Positions 46,848 to 59,230 of a stretch of DNA of 64,000 nt are shown piece by piece (positions within the stretch are counted from its first letter, which is position 1; each line of letters begins with the position of its first letter). Under the pieces are notes generated by a model. It ran no database searches, was not told the origin of the DNA, and worked only from the letters and a program-made list of their open reading frames with translations. The position numbers and the translations under genes are program-made. Source of the DNA: Mobula hypostoma (Eukaryota); the NCBI RefSeq assembly GCF_963921235.1, contig NC_086097.1, positions 71,054,001 through 71,118,000 of the forward strand, written 5' to 3'.

Positions 46848-48001
46848 TGTCATGGTCCAGTCCGTGAAGTCCGCTTTGTGGTTCACGGTACGGTTTGTGG
46901 ACCCCGGACTCTGGGTCTTCCGGCTGTCCTTTGTTTCAATTGGGCTTAATCATAGGCACCTGATGCTTGTCTTGGGGCTGGGAATATAAGTGGCCCTGGG
47001 TTCGAGTGTGGGTGCTGGTTTGTTTTGTCAGTATCCTGTCCTTGCCTTTGTGGGGTAAGTCAGGCTGTCTTTGCTGTTAGCCTGTGGTTGGATCTGTCCC
47101 TTCATGTCCTTGCCTCTGTTGGTAAGCCAGGCTATCTTTGCTGTTACCCTGAGGCTGGACTGTTCCCTTCCCTTCCCCTTCCTTCTGAAGCCTTTGCCTG
47201 CAACCTGTGTCTGGAGCCTTTGCCTGCAACCTTGTCAAGTTCTACCACCGGAATGAGACCGGAGCCTTGCTGTGTCAAGGTAAGGAACTGTCTTTCGTTG
47301 AGTCAGGACTGTCTCTATGTCCATGCCTTTGCTAGGAAGGTCTGGCTGTTTGCTGCTACCTAGTGTTGGGAACTGTCTCGTCATGTTCAGCATTCTGTGT
47401 ACAGCCTCGGCCCCAAGTCCTGTTCCCAAGGAGGGGTCCTGCCTCTGTGTTTGCTGTATGAGTCCTGGCCCTAAGTCCTATTCCCAAGGAGGGGTCCTGG
47501 CTCTGTGTTCCATGTCCCTGTGTTCCTGTCCCTCAAGTCCAAGGCTCTGTGTTCCTGTGCTCTAGACCGAGGCTCTGTGTTCCTGTCCTCCCCAAGACCA
47601 AGGCTCTGTGTTCTGTGTTCCTGTCGCCCCAGGTCCAAGGTTCCTGTCGTCCCAAGTCCAAGGCTCGGCTGTTCCTGAGTACTAAGTCAAGGCTTCATGT
47701 TCTCGTCCTGTGCTGGAGCTCCCGCGCCCAGTTCCGACTCCCAAGACCACGTCATGTCTTCGCCTAGTTCCGGCGGCCGAGCCCAAGTCAAGACCCAGGT
47801 TCTGGGTCCTTGTCCAGTCTCCGGCTCGGAGTCCAAGCCAAGGCTTCTAGTTCCCAGTTCCTTGTCCTGGTCCTGCTTGCCTAGCCCATGTCCTAGCCCA
47901 AGTCTGTGTTCTTGTCCCAGCTCTCTAGTCAAGTCATGTTCCTAGTACTTCAGTGTCTGTGTCTTGCACTTGGGTCGGCCACCAGCGCCCCCATTACGAT
48001 A
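46848..48001 (+). mobile_element. Probable solo LTR (~1.15 kb) with internal tandem repeats
   Basis: Starts TGTCATGG; ends ..TGTCTTGCACTTGGGTC..CATTACGATA (decayed ..TGACA). TATAA at ~46985. Strongly T/C/G-skewed, with repeated CAAGTCCAAGGCTCTGTGTTCCTGT units at ~47400-47940. Flanks AATTT/GATTT. Confidence 0.65.
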
Positions 48002-48035
48002 GATTTGTATTTTATTCATCCCTTACTCTGTTAAA

Positions 48036-48306
48036 AGTGTAGTAGTTAGCGCAATCACTTTACAGCACCAGCCATCACCAATCAGATTCGATTCCCACTA
48101 TTGTCTGTAAGGGCTTCTCCTCATGAACGCTTGGGTTTCCTCTGGGTGCTCCCACATTCCGAAGCCATACTGCTAGTGGTTAAGGTCATGCTTACGTGAA
48201 AGGGTGGCATCATTTGCAGGCTGCCCCCAGCACAATCCATGCTGGTTTGATTTGTTGCAAATGATGCACTTTTCTGTATGTTTCAATGTACATTTGACAA
48301 ATAAAA
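48036..48306 (+). mobile_element. tRNA-derived V-SINE with alternative 3' tail
   Basis: Head GTAGTAGTTAGCGCAATCACTTTACAGCACCAG..GATTCGATTCCC; core TGGGTTTCCTCTGGGTGCTCC; tail GGCTGCCCCCAGCAC..TGTACATTTGACAAATAAA. Confidence 0.75.
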
Positions 48307-48839
48307 TGATTTTTATGCATTTTACTGCCTCATTTCAAACAACTTCTCATGTGTTTGAGTAACGGTTCATCTGAACTGAACACAACCAAACATTTCATGT
48401 AATGTGGTTGTGTTCACTGTTTTTTGCGCCAAGTTTTTCCTATTCCGTCCTATTGTTCCTTGGTAGAAGAAGGTATAAAGCAATTGATCTCTAGCTATGG
48501 AGGTGATTGGTATTTATTTGTCATGAATCAGGAGGAGGTGTTATTACTGCAGTTATGGTTACGCTAGTCTGCACAGTATTTGGCAATTTGAAATCGAGTG
48601 CTTGAGGGCAATGAATGGGCCATCTTCTCACATGAGGTTTTATCATCGGTTTACTGCTACTGTTTCCTCAGCCATTCCAGTTTTATTTACCAGCAAAAAC
48701 CAAAGATTTAGAATGGTTGTGGAGCCAGCAATATCTCATAGCAACAGGGTAAACCAAGGCAAGAAAGATGTGTGATCCAGTGCCAAGATCCAGGAACATT
48801 AGTCATGTCATTCATTATTTATGGTGCCAACCTTGCTTC

Positions 48840-49325
48840 CTCTAGCTTCTGAGCCTGAAACTTCTGAATTCATATCTCAGTCCAAAGACTTAACACAAAG
48901 TCTCACTTGACACTGTTGGAGATGGTGCTTTTTGTAGGTAATGATCTCTGATGCCTCTTCCACAAAGGAATTCAGTTAAGTTCCTATCATCTTCAGATGC
49001 TAATGTGTCCACATTATAAATATATAGTCCTGGAAACTACAGTATGTAGTTATGTGGAATTCAATATTAACATACTTCATTTAACTGCCCTAACCTCAAG
49101 CCAACATATGCAGGTAGCTCCTGTGGCATGCACAGCATGCTCACAGCTGGTATTTGCCTCACAGCGGGTAGAGTGCAAACATCCCAGCACAAAATCATTA
49201 CCATTATGTGCAGGTTAAATGCCACATTTCCTACATTATAATGGTGACCATATTTCTAAAGTAACTCACTGGCTATGAAGTGTTTTTGGGACTTTCCGTT
49301 CGGTCATGATGGTGCAGGTCTTTCC
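48840..49325 (+). mobile_element. Ancient Deu-SINE-like (SacSINE1/AmnSINE1-type) remnant
   Basis: 3' part GCCACATTTCCTACATTATAATGGTGACCATATTTCTAAAGTAACTCACTGGCTATGAAGTGTTTTTGGGAC resembles the Deu-SINE tail as I recall it; the 5' part is very decayed. Confidence 0.55.
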
Positions 49326-49911
49326 TTCCCCCCCCCCCCCCCACTTTTCACTCACATTGAAGGGAGCCCTGCAAAATGATGCTGCATGCTGCCACTTGTG
49401 GAAGACATACAAAACAGTTTGTGAGTGTTGTGCATCACCCCCCTGTAATGTAGCAACAAGCTTACAGTCAAGTGCTGTAAAGACAGAGTGCGAAACAACA
49501 TCTGCAAGAGGGGTAGCACTTATCCTGGTTTCCTTCCTGTGACAAGTATGTTTCTCCTTGACCTACACCCAACCCAAAGGTGCTTTTACCCTCTCTGCTT
49601 CAAACATCCCTGAGCCATAATAATGGCCTTTTCTAGAAGGTGGCACACAGAAATAACCAGTTCCCTTGCAGTATTTCCAGCTACAAAGCCATTTTATTAA
49701 ATTGAGCTGTTAGGACTGCTTGTCTTCCCCAAGTCATTTCTAGCGTTCAGTGACAGAAAAGGTTTGACAGTGAGCACCATTACCCGTAAATCTGCTGTGT
49801 GGAATTCTCCTCCCTTCGATCCGTGAGGAGTTGTGCCGTGATTTTGGCACTAACATTTCAATAAGCCACCTATTGGGAGGATGAACTGTGGCCGTCAACT
49901 GCTCAGATCTT

Positions 49912-50415
49912 TCAGATTCAGAATTAGAATCAAACTTACTATCACTTACTACGCCATGAGATTTGTTTTGCGGCAGTAGTACATAAAGATTGCTATAAAA
50001 TTATAATACCTATAAAAAATAGTGCAAAAAGAGCAGAATAGTGAGGTAGTGTTCATGGACGGTTCAGAAATCTGATGGCAGAGGGGAAGAAGCTGTTCCT
50101 AAATTGTTAAGTATGCATCTTCAGGCTCCTGTACCTCCTCTAACTGTAATAATGAGAAGAGGGCATGTCCTGGATGGTGAAGGTCTTTCCTGATGGATGC
50201 CACCTTCCTGAGGCATCATCTTTTGAAGATGTCCCTGTTGGTGGGGAGGCAAGTCCCCATGATGGAACTGGCTGGGTTTAAAAACCTCTGCAGCTTTCTC
50301 CAATCCCGAGCATTGCTGCCCCCATACCAGATGGTGATGTGACCAATCAGAATGCTCTCCATGATATGTATACTTGTATAAATTTGACAGTCTTTGGTGA
50401 CATACCAAATCTCTT
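49912..50415 (-). mobile_element. Rex1/Babar-type LINE 3' fragment
   Basis: Begins with (CAGAAT)n-like tail; reverse complement of the 17790-18330 region. Confidence 0.8.
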
Positions 50416-51189
50416 TAATTCCATCTTCAGGGAAAGGTTGAGATTTGACGTTGTTTATGAATCTTTGCTGTGAACAATTTCGAATGCCAGGATGCGTATG
50501 CTACTCCAGAAAGGCACACAGTGTGGAAGGTTGTGAGGATAGTAAGGTGCCACACTTTGTAATCGTTTCTCAACTATTCTGGCATTGCACAAACTTCCCA
50601 TACTTTTGTAAAAAATCCTCGAGTCATCATGGAAACAGGCCCTCCAGCTCAACTAGTCTATACTGACCAGGATGTCTACCTAAGCTCTTCCCATTGTGTT
50701 TTAGCCCACATCGCTTCAGACCTTGCCAATCCATGTACCTTTCTGAATGTCTTATTGAATGGTGAAATTATATCCCATGGTGGCTTGTTCCATATACTCA
50801 CAACCCTTTGTGTAGAATGCCTACCCCCAGATCCCCTTCAGATCTTTCTCCTGTCACCTTAGAACTCTGCCCTTTGGTTTTAGACTCCCCTATCCTGAGA
50901 GGAAGATGGATTATCTATTCTACCAATTAATTTTCTAAACATTAAGTTACAGCTCAGCCTCCTTTGCTCCATGGAAAAACCATATCCCTTTTACAATATG
51001 CAGACTGAACTGCACAGATTACTCCATATGGTAGAACCAATGTTTTGCATAACTGAGACATGACGTCCCTACTCTCAAGTACTACAGCTAATGAAGGCAA
51101 TCATGCCATCCCACTCTCTTTACCTGTTTGCTACTTTCAGGGAATTATATACTTGTATACAGAGGTTTAATCTGCATAGGTTAATGAAG

Positions 51190-52665
51190 AGAAGGGACAG
51201 ATATATTGCAGGGGCCTCCAGCCAGGCCAACCTGAAAATGACTCTCATGAAGAGCCAGTCACCCTAACCCTAACCTTCAGCAGAGGAGCCAGCACATTCA
51301 ATCACTGGTACATCACCATCAAGAATGCGTACCATGCCATCTCTGCCCTCACTTTGGCAAGTCTGATCTGGTGGCTGTACTTCTCTCCTGGCATATAGAC
51401 AGAGACTGAAGACCCCCGCACCAATGGAGAGGACGTGAAGGTATGGTCAAGAGAAGTGGCGGACCGACTGTTGAAGGATATCTTTTATCTCTCCTTGCTG
51501 CGTTTGGAGGTTCCCTCATGCTTCAGAAGAGCATCAATCATTCAGCTGCCCATGAATTGCACAGTGAGCTGCCTCAGTGACTGTCAGCCGGCCGCGTTCA
51601 CCAACATAATGAAGTGCTTTGAGAGGTTGGTCATGGCCAGAATCAACTCCTGCCTGAGCAAGAGCCCAGACACACTGCAATTTGCCTACCACCATACAAT
51701 CTCACTGACTTTCCACTCAGCTTTAGAGCAGCGAGACAACAGCAATATATACTGTATACCAGGCTGCTATATATTGATTACAGCTCCGTGATCAAAGCCC
51801 TCATTCTCTCGGTACTAATCCAAAAGCTTCAAAATCTGGGCCTCTTTACCTCCCCCAGCCACTGGATTCTTGACTTCCACATTGGGAGACTACAGTCAGT
51901 GTAGATCCATAAAAAATATCTCCTCCTCAATGACAATCAAGACAGGGGGTGTGTGCTTAGCCCACTGCTCTACCCTCACTACATTTATGACTGTGTGGCT
52001 AGGCACAGCTCAAACATCATCTATAAATTCACTGACAGCACCACTGTTGGCAGAATCTCAAACAGCAACAAGGAGATGTCCAAAAGTGAGATAGATTGGC
52101 TGGTTGAGCAGGGTTGCAATAACAACCTTTGCACTCAGTGGCAGCAAGGAATTGTACTCCATTAGGAGCTTGAGGAGGTTTGGCATGGCACTAAAGTTGA
52201 CAGCAAATTTCTACAAATGTACAGTAGAAAGCATTCTGACAAGTTGTATCACAGCTTGGTATAGTGCTTCCACTGTGCATGATTGAAAGAAGCTTCAGAG
52301 CAAGCCAGCACAACACTACCCACCACTGTGGACACTGTCAAAAGGCATTGCATCAAGAAGGTGGCATCCGTTGTCTCAAAGAGGAGCCCATCATCTGGGA
52401 AATGTTCTCTTCCTATTACCACCACCAGCAAGGAGGTACAGGAGCCTGAAGACACACGTTCAACAGTTCAGGAATAATTACTTCCAATTCGCTATCTGCT
52501 TTCTGAATGGTCCATAAATAAATCCATGAACCGTTAATCCGTCATTAATGATCTTTTGCACCATTCATCTGCATTTGTAACTTCTAGTATTTTCTATGTC
52601 TTGTACTGTTGCTGCCAAATAAACAACAAATCCCATGACACACGTTAATGATGAAAACCCTGATC
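51190..52665 (+). mobile_element. Rex1/Babar-type LINE, decayed and deleted
   Basis: DIFYLSLLRLEVPSCFRRASIIQLP..IMKCFERLVMARINSCL..LQFAY; LSPLLY..DCVARHSSNIIYKFTDSTTVGRIS; tail at ~52600-52665. It sits among older CR1 fragments (50600-53450). Confidence 0.85.
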
Positions 52666-53984
52666 CTTGCTTAACAGGACATCAGGTGCAACTTTTTCCA
52701 CCCTGAGGTTGGTTCATAATACAATGAGCTGATAGTGGAAGTGACTGAGGTAGATAGATTAACAACATTTAAATGACACTTCAACTTGTAAATGGATAGG
52801 GATTAGAGGGGTATGGGCCAAAAGTGGGCACGTGGGACTAGTTGATATGGACCTCTTGTGCCCAAGGATCTGTTTCTCTGCAGTGTGACTCTTTGCCTAG
52901 GTCTCTCCTATCAACAGCAGTGCCCAGAACACTGGCATTCACCCTGTATGCCCTGACCTAGTAAAGCTTCCCAAAGTCTTTCACTTTGCACTTGACCAAT
53001 TTAAAGTTCATCTATCATTCCTTTACCCACTTTCCCAGTGATCAGTATCCTGTGGTAACATTAAATAATATCTTTTTGCCTTCCTGACGTCCCTCTTTAA
53101 GAAATTTAATTATCTTATTCTCCTGAAGGGATTGCTTGATCTCAGTTGCCTATACAAGGTATAAGCCTCCTTCTTCCTGACCAGGGTCTCAATATCTCTC
53201 CACAATCAGGGTTCCCTTACTTTGATAGGCTTGCTCTTCACTCTTATGTTGGCCTTGAACTCTTCCTATCTCACTTTCAAAAGCAGCCCACTTGCCTGCT
53301 GTTCCTTTGCCTGATAGTAGCCTTTCCCAATTACCCTTTGCAAATTCTTATCTAATGCTACTAAAAATTAGCCTTACCCAAACTTAGGGCTTTAACTTGA
53401 GGGCCAGTGCTCAGTTCTTCCTGGTAGAATTATGGCCACTGATCACTCTTGAGTAAATTCAGAATAATTTCCTATAAACACTATGCTGAAATAAGACCCG
53501 ACCACCCGTCATTAAAACTGTGAAGGAATGCTTATAAATCAGTGCAAATCAGTAAATGGAGTTAGCGCCTCTTTCAGCTTATCAATCGCTCAATTAACAT
53601 TTTTTGAAGTGTCAAGGGAGCTATAGTGACATGAAGCAAAAAAAAACAAATCTGTTTGACAAACACTGTCATACATTAGAGCTCAGAATCTTTCAAAGGT
53701 ACAAGACTCTAGAGCAAAGCTCTTGTACGATGAAGATGAACTCTTGATCGATCAATCTACATTGCAATGGCTCGTGCACCTTATCTGTCGTCCGCACTGC
53801 ACTTTCTCTGTAGCTATAATGCCTCATTCTGCATTCTGTTATTGCTTCTCCTTTTATACTACCTCAGTATACTTATGTATGGCATGATCTGTCTGGATGG
53901 CATGCAAAACATGTACTGCAACTCAGTACATGTGACAATATTAAACCAATTACTCAAATGCACAAACGTCAGGTTCAGGTTTAA

Positions 53985-54150
53985 CACTGTAAAACTGCCG
54001 GAGGTCAAACAGCCTCTGGGGAGGCAGAAGGTTGACAAATATTTCGGGTCAAGACCATGCATCAGGACTGAAAGTGTGGAGGGCATGGGGGTGACGAGGA
54101 GCAGGCAGGTTATAGGTGGAGCCAGGTGGGGGAAGGGGGAGAGGTGGAGT
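53985..54150 (-). mobile_element. Penelope 3' tail remnant
   Basis: Minus strand CAGTCCTGATGCATGGTCTTGACCCGAAATA (degenerate hammerhead) next to a purine-rich + strand tract. Confidence 0.6.
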
Positions 54151-55299
54151 TGGGAAATGTTTTGCCATTATCACTGTAAAACATTGAGCTATGGTACTAG
54201 TGGGGACAAGCCTGTTACTGGGGTATAGTACTATTGTACTGAGTGAGGTACCACACTGTATAGCACCTACACACAGTGCTTGAGGGCCCAGACCTTTTGC
54301 TCTATATTAGCCTGCACAGTGTGTTCAATTTCAAAAATATGAGTTCTGAGACATTCGGGCCTTTGAACATGGAAAAGAGGTGCCTTAGGGGTAATCTTGT
54401 GCAGGAATCCAAAATAACACATTAAGGATACACAGAACATAACATTGTGAGAACAGTCAAAAAGAACTTAAATTCACATTAGTGAAGACAATGTGAGAAC
54501 AGCTGTTGGCAATCCATCAAATATCTTTGCTCTTTGTTATAATATTTGGGATCTTTTTGCGTCTGTCCAGTCAAAGTCACTCAGAACTTTCACGTCTTCC
54601 CATCCATGTACTTTGGCTTGCATCTCCCAACCCTGTATCCGCATCCTGCAATATGCAATATACTGTACATGTCACAATATGAAGAGTGGATGAGCCCTTA
54701 TTTTATTTATTTGCCTCTCTCAATGATTTTCAGAGGGTCATTGAGATATATTTCATTGCATCACGAGCAGTAATTACAACCAATCATTGCTGCTCTCTCA
54801 ATGAGCATCATCCAATGCACCCACTGGATCTAATCCTCCATGTTCCTCCCCATGCCACTCACCCCACCACCAGCTCTCAGAACTTACAGCTAAATAAATA
54901 ATTTATTAAGCTTTTCCTGTAACCCTCTGGAATGCTTATTGTGAAAAAGACCTTTGTCTTTCGCGATTTTAATGTGGATGATTCCATTGGCATTGCTGCC
55001 CTTATGTGATCTTCTCTCAAGATGGCTGACTTTTTCCCTGATTGGCATCCACTTGTCTGGCATTGCTTGTACAATATTGTCATCCAAACCAGCATAACTA
55101 AATATCAACATGGTCTCTCACTATGATCATCTTTTACTACGATCTGTTGCTTTGAGGATCTCATCTTATTAAATCCTTCCTTCTTCTTAATCCTATTGCT
55201 ATCCACTTCTTTAATTCTTACCAGGATTTACCAGGGTGCTGCCTCAATTAAAGAGCATGTCTGAAGAGGAAAGGTTGATATGATTTTAAGGTAATTAGC

Positions 55300-57402
55300 C
55301 CATAAGACGTAGGAGCAGAATTAGGCCATTCAGCCCATTGAACATGCTCCACCATTCCATCATGGCTGATCCCAGATCCCACTCAACTTCATACACCTGC
55401 CTTCCTGCCATATCCTTTGATGCCCTGACCGATTAGGAAACTATCAACTTCCACTTTAAATATACCCACAGACTTGGTCTCCATTGCAGTCTGTGGCAGA
55501 CCATTCCACAGATCCACTACTCTCTGGCTAAAAAAATTTCTCCTTACCTTTGTTCTAAAAGGTCACCTCTCAAGTTTGAGGCCGTGCCCTCTATTTCTGG
55601 ATACCCCCATCATAGGAAATATCTTTGCTACACTCACCCTATCTAGTGCCTTCAATGAGATCTCCCCACATTCTTCTAAATTCCAATGAGTACAGGCCCA
55701 AAGCTGCCAAACACTCCTCATATGTTAACTCCTTCATTCCTGGAATCATCCTTGTGAACCTCCTCTGGACTCTCTCCAATGACAACACATCCTTTCTGAG
55801 ATATGATTGGAAAGCTGAACCTACTGGGCCTGAACACCTCCCTCTGCAACTGGATCCTAGACTTCCTGACTGGGAGACCTCAGTCAGTCCGGATTGGAAG
55901 CAGCATCTCCAAAACCATCACACTGAGCACGGGGGCCCCCAGGGCTGTGTGCTCAGTCCACTGCTGTTCACTCTGCTGACCCACGACTGTGCTGCAACAC
56001 ACAGCTCAAACCACATCATCAAGTTCACCGATGTCACGACCGTGGTGGGTCTCATCAGCAAGAATGATGAGTCAGCATACAGAGAGGAGGTGCAGCGGCT
56101 AATGGACTGGTGCAGAGCCAACAACCTGTCTGTGAATGTGAACAAAACAAAAGAGATGGTTGTTGACTTCAGGAGGACACGGAGCGACCACTCTCCGCTG
56201 AACATCGACGACTCCTCCGTAGAGATCGTTAAGAGCACCAAATTTCTTGGTGTTCACCTGGCAGAGAATCTCACCTGGTCCCTCAACACCAGCTCCATAG
56301 CAAAGAAAGCCCAGCAGCATCTCTACTTTTTGCGAAGGCTGAGAAAAGTCCATCTCCCACCCCCCATCCTCAACAGATTCTATTGAGAGCATCCTGAGCA
56401 GCTGCATCAATGCCTGGTTCGGAAATTGTACCATTTTGGATCGCAAGACTCAGCAGCGGATAGTGAGGTCAGCTGAGAAGATCATCGGGGTCTCTCTTCC
56501 CACCATTACAGACATTATGAAGGACCCCACGCACCCCTCATACAAACTCTTCTCCCTCCTGCCATTTGGCAAAAGGCACCGAAGCATTCGGGCTCTCACG
56601 ACCAGACTATGTAACAGTTTCTTCCCCCAAGCCATCAGACTCCTCAATACCCAGAGCCTGGACTGACACCAACCCACTGCCCTCTACTGTGCCTATTGTC
56701 TTGTGTATTATTTATTGTAATGCCTGCACTGTTTCGTGCACTTTATGCAGTCCTGGGTAGGTCTGTAGTTCAGTGTAGTTTTTGTATTGTTCACGTAGCA
56801 CAATGGTCCTGAAAAACATTGTCTTGTTTTTACTGTGTACTGTACCAGCAGTTATGGTCAAAATGACAATAAAAAGTGACTTGACTTGACTTGGGGTCCA
56901 AAACTGTTGACAATACTTCAAGTGCAGCCTGACTAGTGTCTTATAAAACTTCAGCATTATCTCTTTGCTTTTATATTCTATTCCCCTTGAAATAAATGCC
57001 AACATTGCATTTGCTTTCTTTCTCAAGGACTCAACCTGTAAATTAACCTTCTGAGAATCTTGCACAAGGACTCCTAAATCTCCCTGCATATCTGATGTTT
57101 GAATTTTCTCCCCATTTAGATAATAGTCTGCACTATTGTTCCTTTTATCAAAATGTATTATCATATATTTCCGAACACTGTATTCCATCTGCCACTTTTT
57201 TGCCATTTTTCCAATTTGACTAAGTCCTGTTGCAATTGCATTGCTTCCTCAGCACTACCTACCCCTCAACCTATCTTTGTATCATCCACAAATTTTGCCA
57301 CAAAGCCATCAATTCCATTATCTAAATCAATGGCAAACAATGTGAAAAGTAGTGGTCCCAACACTGACCCTTAAGGAACATCACTAGTCACCGCAGCCAA
57401 CC
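55300..57402 (-). mobile_element. CR1 LINE 3' half, split by a Rex1 insertion
   Basis: Tail CATAAGACGTAGGAGCAGAATTAGGCC; minus ORF MAKKWQMEYSVRKY..ANAMLAFISRGIEYKSKEIMLKFYKTLVRLHLKYCQQFW; rejoins across 55806-56892. Confidence 0.88.
55806..56892 (+). mobile_element. Relatively young 5'-truncated Rex1/Babar LINE
   Basis: [89 protein letters not shown]; (GACTT)n tail. Confidence 0.92.
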
Positions 57403-58312
57403 AGAATTGGAGAAAAGTACAATGGGGGTGTCAGAGACAGGTTTATTTTTAACAGAGAGAATTGTGGGTGCATGGAGTGCCATGTGGGAGGGTAGTATTA
57501 GATTGATCTTGGAGTAGGTTACATTTTGGCACAACATCATGGGTCAAAGGGCCTGTGCTGTACTGTACTTTTCTATGTTGTATGTTATCACTTCCTCCTT
57601 TTTCCAACCCCATTTCCTTCTATAACTCACTCAGGGAAGCTGTCTGCGTGTCACAGGCTATGGCACTCTCAGATTCTTAACTGTTCTCTTTGGACCTTTA
57701 TTTACTGTAATTGATATTCAGCTCAAGCTCTTCCTCTTACACAAGTCATTGATACCTTTGGTCTTAGTAAAACCTTTATCTGCATTCTTCCAGTTATTCT
57801 GTGACATTGGCCATTCATCTGCCTGCATCAGTCTATCTGCTGCTGAAAGGTCCATATAGTGCCTGAGTGCACTTTGCTTTTACCTATGGACATGCTTATT
57901 TCAGTGCCCACCTGTTCATTCTTTCACCTTCCATCAGGTTAAAATGAACACATGCAAACTAGTGCTAGGCAGACCTCAACCTGCCACTTCTCTAGCCAAC
58001 TGTCATCTTTATGCTGTCACATCAGTTCAGATGTCTACAACCATGGCCTGCTCTACAAACCCCATCAATCTTTGTCCCTTCTCCATACCTGCAACTCACC
58101 AAGATGTTTCTACTGCTCAAGTCTCTTGCATATCCACATTTCTCCACCTGACCACTGCCAGCATTGCCTCCAGCTGCCCAGGTCTAAACTCAGGTGCCTA
58201 AATCTGTCTTTCCTCCTCCGAACTCTCTGATCAAGTTTTCAATCATTTAGCTGAATAACACAAAGCACAAAGAAGTGTTGACATGCTGAAAGTCTGGAAA
58301 TCAGGAATAAGA

Positions 58313-59230
58313 ATAGAAACATAGAAAATAGGTGCAGGAGCAGGCCATTCGGCCCTTCGAGCCTGCACCTCCATTTATTATGATCATGACTGATCATCCA
58401 ACTCAGAACCCAGCCTTCCCTCCATACCCCCTGACCCCTGTAGCCACAAGGGCCATATCTAACTCCCTCTTAAATATAGCCAATGAACTGGCCTCAACTG
58501 TTTCCTGTGGCAGAGAATTCCACAGATTCACCACTCTCTGTGTGAAGAAGTTTTTCCTAATCTCGGTCCTAAAAGGCTTCCCCTTTATCCTCAAACTGTG
58601 ACCCCTCGTTCTGGACTTCCCCAACATCGGGAACAATCTTCCTGCATCTAGCCTGTCCAATCCCTTTAGGATTTTATACGTTTCAATCAGATCCCCCCTC
58701 AATCTTCTAAATTCCAACGAGTACAAGCCCAGTTCATCCAGTCTTTCTTCATATGAAAGTCCTGCCATCCCAGGAATCAATCTGGTGAACCTTCTTTGTA
58801 CTCCCTCTATGGCAAGGATGTCTTTCCTCAGATTAGGGGACCAAAACTGCACACAATACTCCAGGTGTGGTCTCACCAAGGCCTTGTACAACTGCAGTAG
58901 TACCTCCCTGCTCCTGTACTCGAATTCTCTCGCTATAAATGCCAGCATACCATTCGCCTTTTTCACCGCCTGCTGTACCTGCATGCCCACTTTCAATGAC
59001 TGGTGTATAATGACACCCAGGTCTCGTTGCACCTCCCCTTTTCCTAATCGGCCACCATTCAGATAATAATCTGTTTTCCTATTTTTGCCACCAAAGTGGA
59101 TAACTTCACATTTATCCACATTAAATTGCATCTGCCATGAATTTGCCCACTCACCCAACCTATCCAAGTCACCCTGCATCCTCTTAGCATCCTCCTCACA
59201 GCTAGCACTGCCGCCCAGCTTCGTGTCATC
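58313..59230 (-). mobile_element. Young 5'-truncated CR1 LINE, same family as 23024-25003
   Basis: Minus ORF from DDTKLGGS to YGGKAGF* (58403) is almost identical to the 551-aa ORF; (TTTCTATG) tail; AATAG at both junctions (58312-58316, 59231-59235). Confidence 0.95.

Noticed and set aside
47400..47945. CRISPR-like repeat-spacer array
   Set aside because: Units are degenerate and abutting, without constant repeats or unique spacers; eukaryotic context, no cas genes.
51261..51277. Interstitial telomeric repeat (CCCTAA)2
   Set aside because: Only about two and a half units, within a decayed LINE region; not significant.
55625..56386. 253-aa ORF as a novel fusion gene
   Set aside because: Chance fusion of antisense CR1 sequence with a truncated Rex1 RT whose catalytic motif is mutated (KFTDV instead of KFADD).
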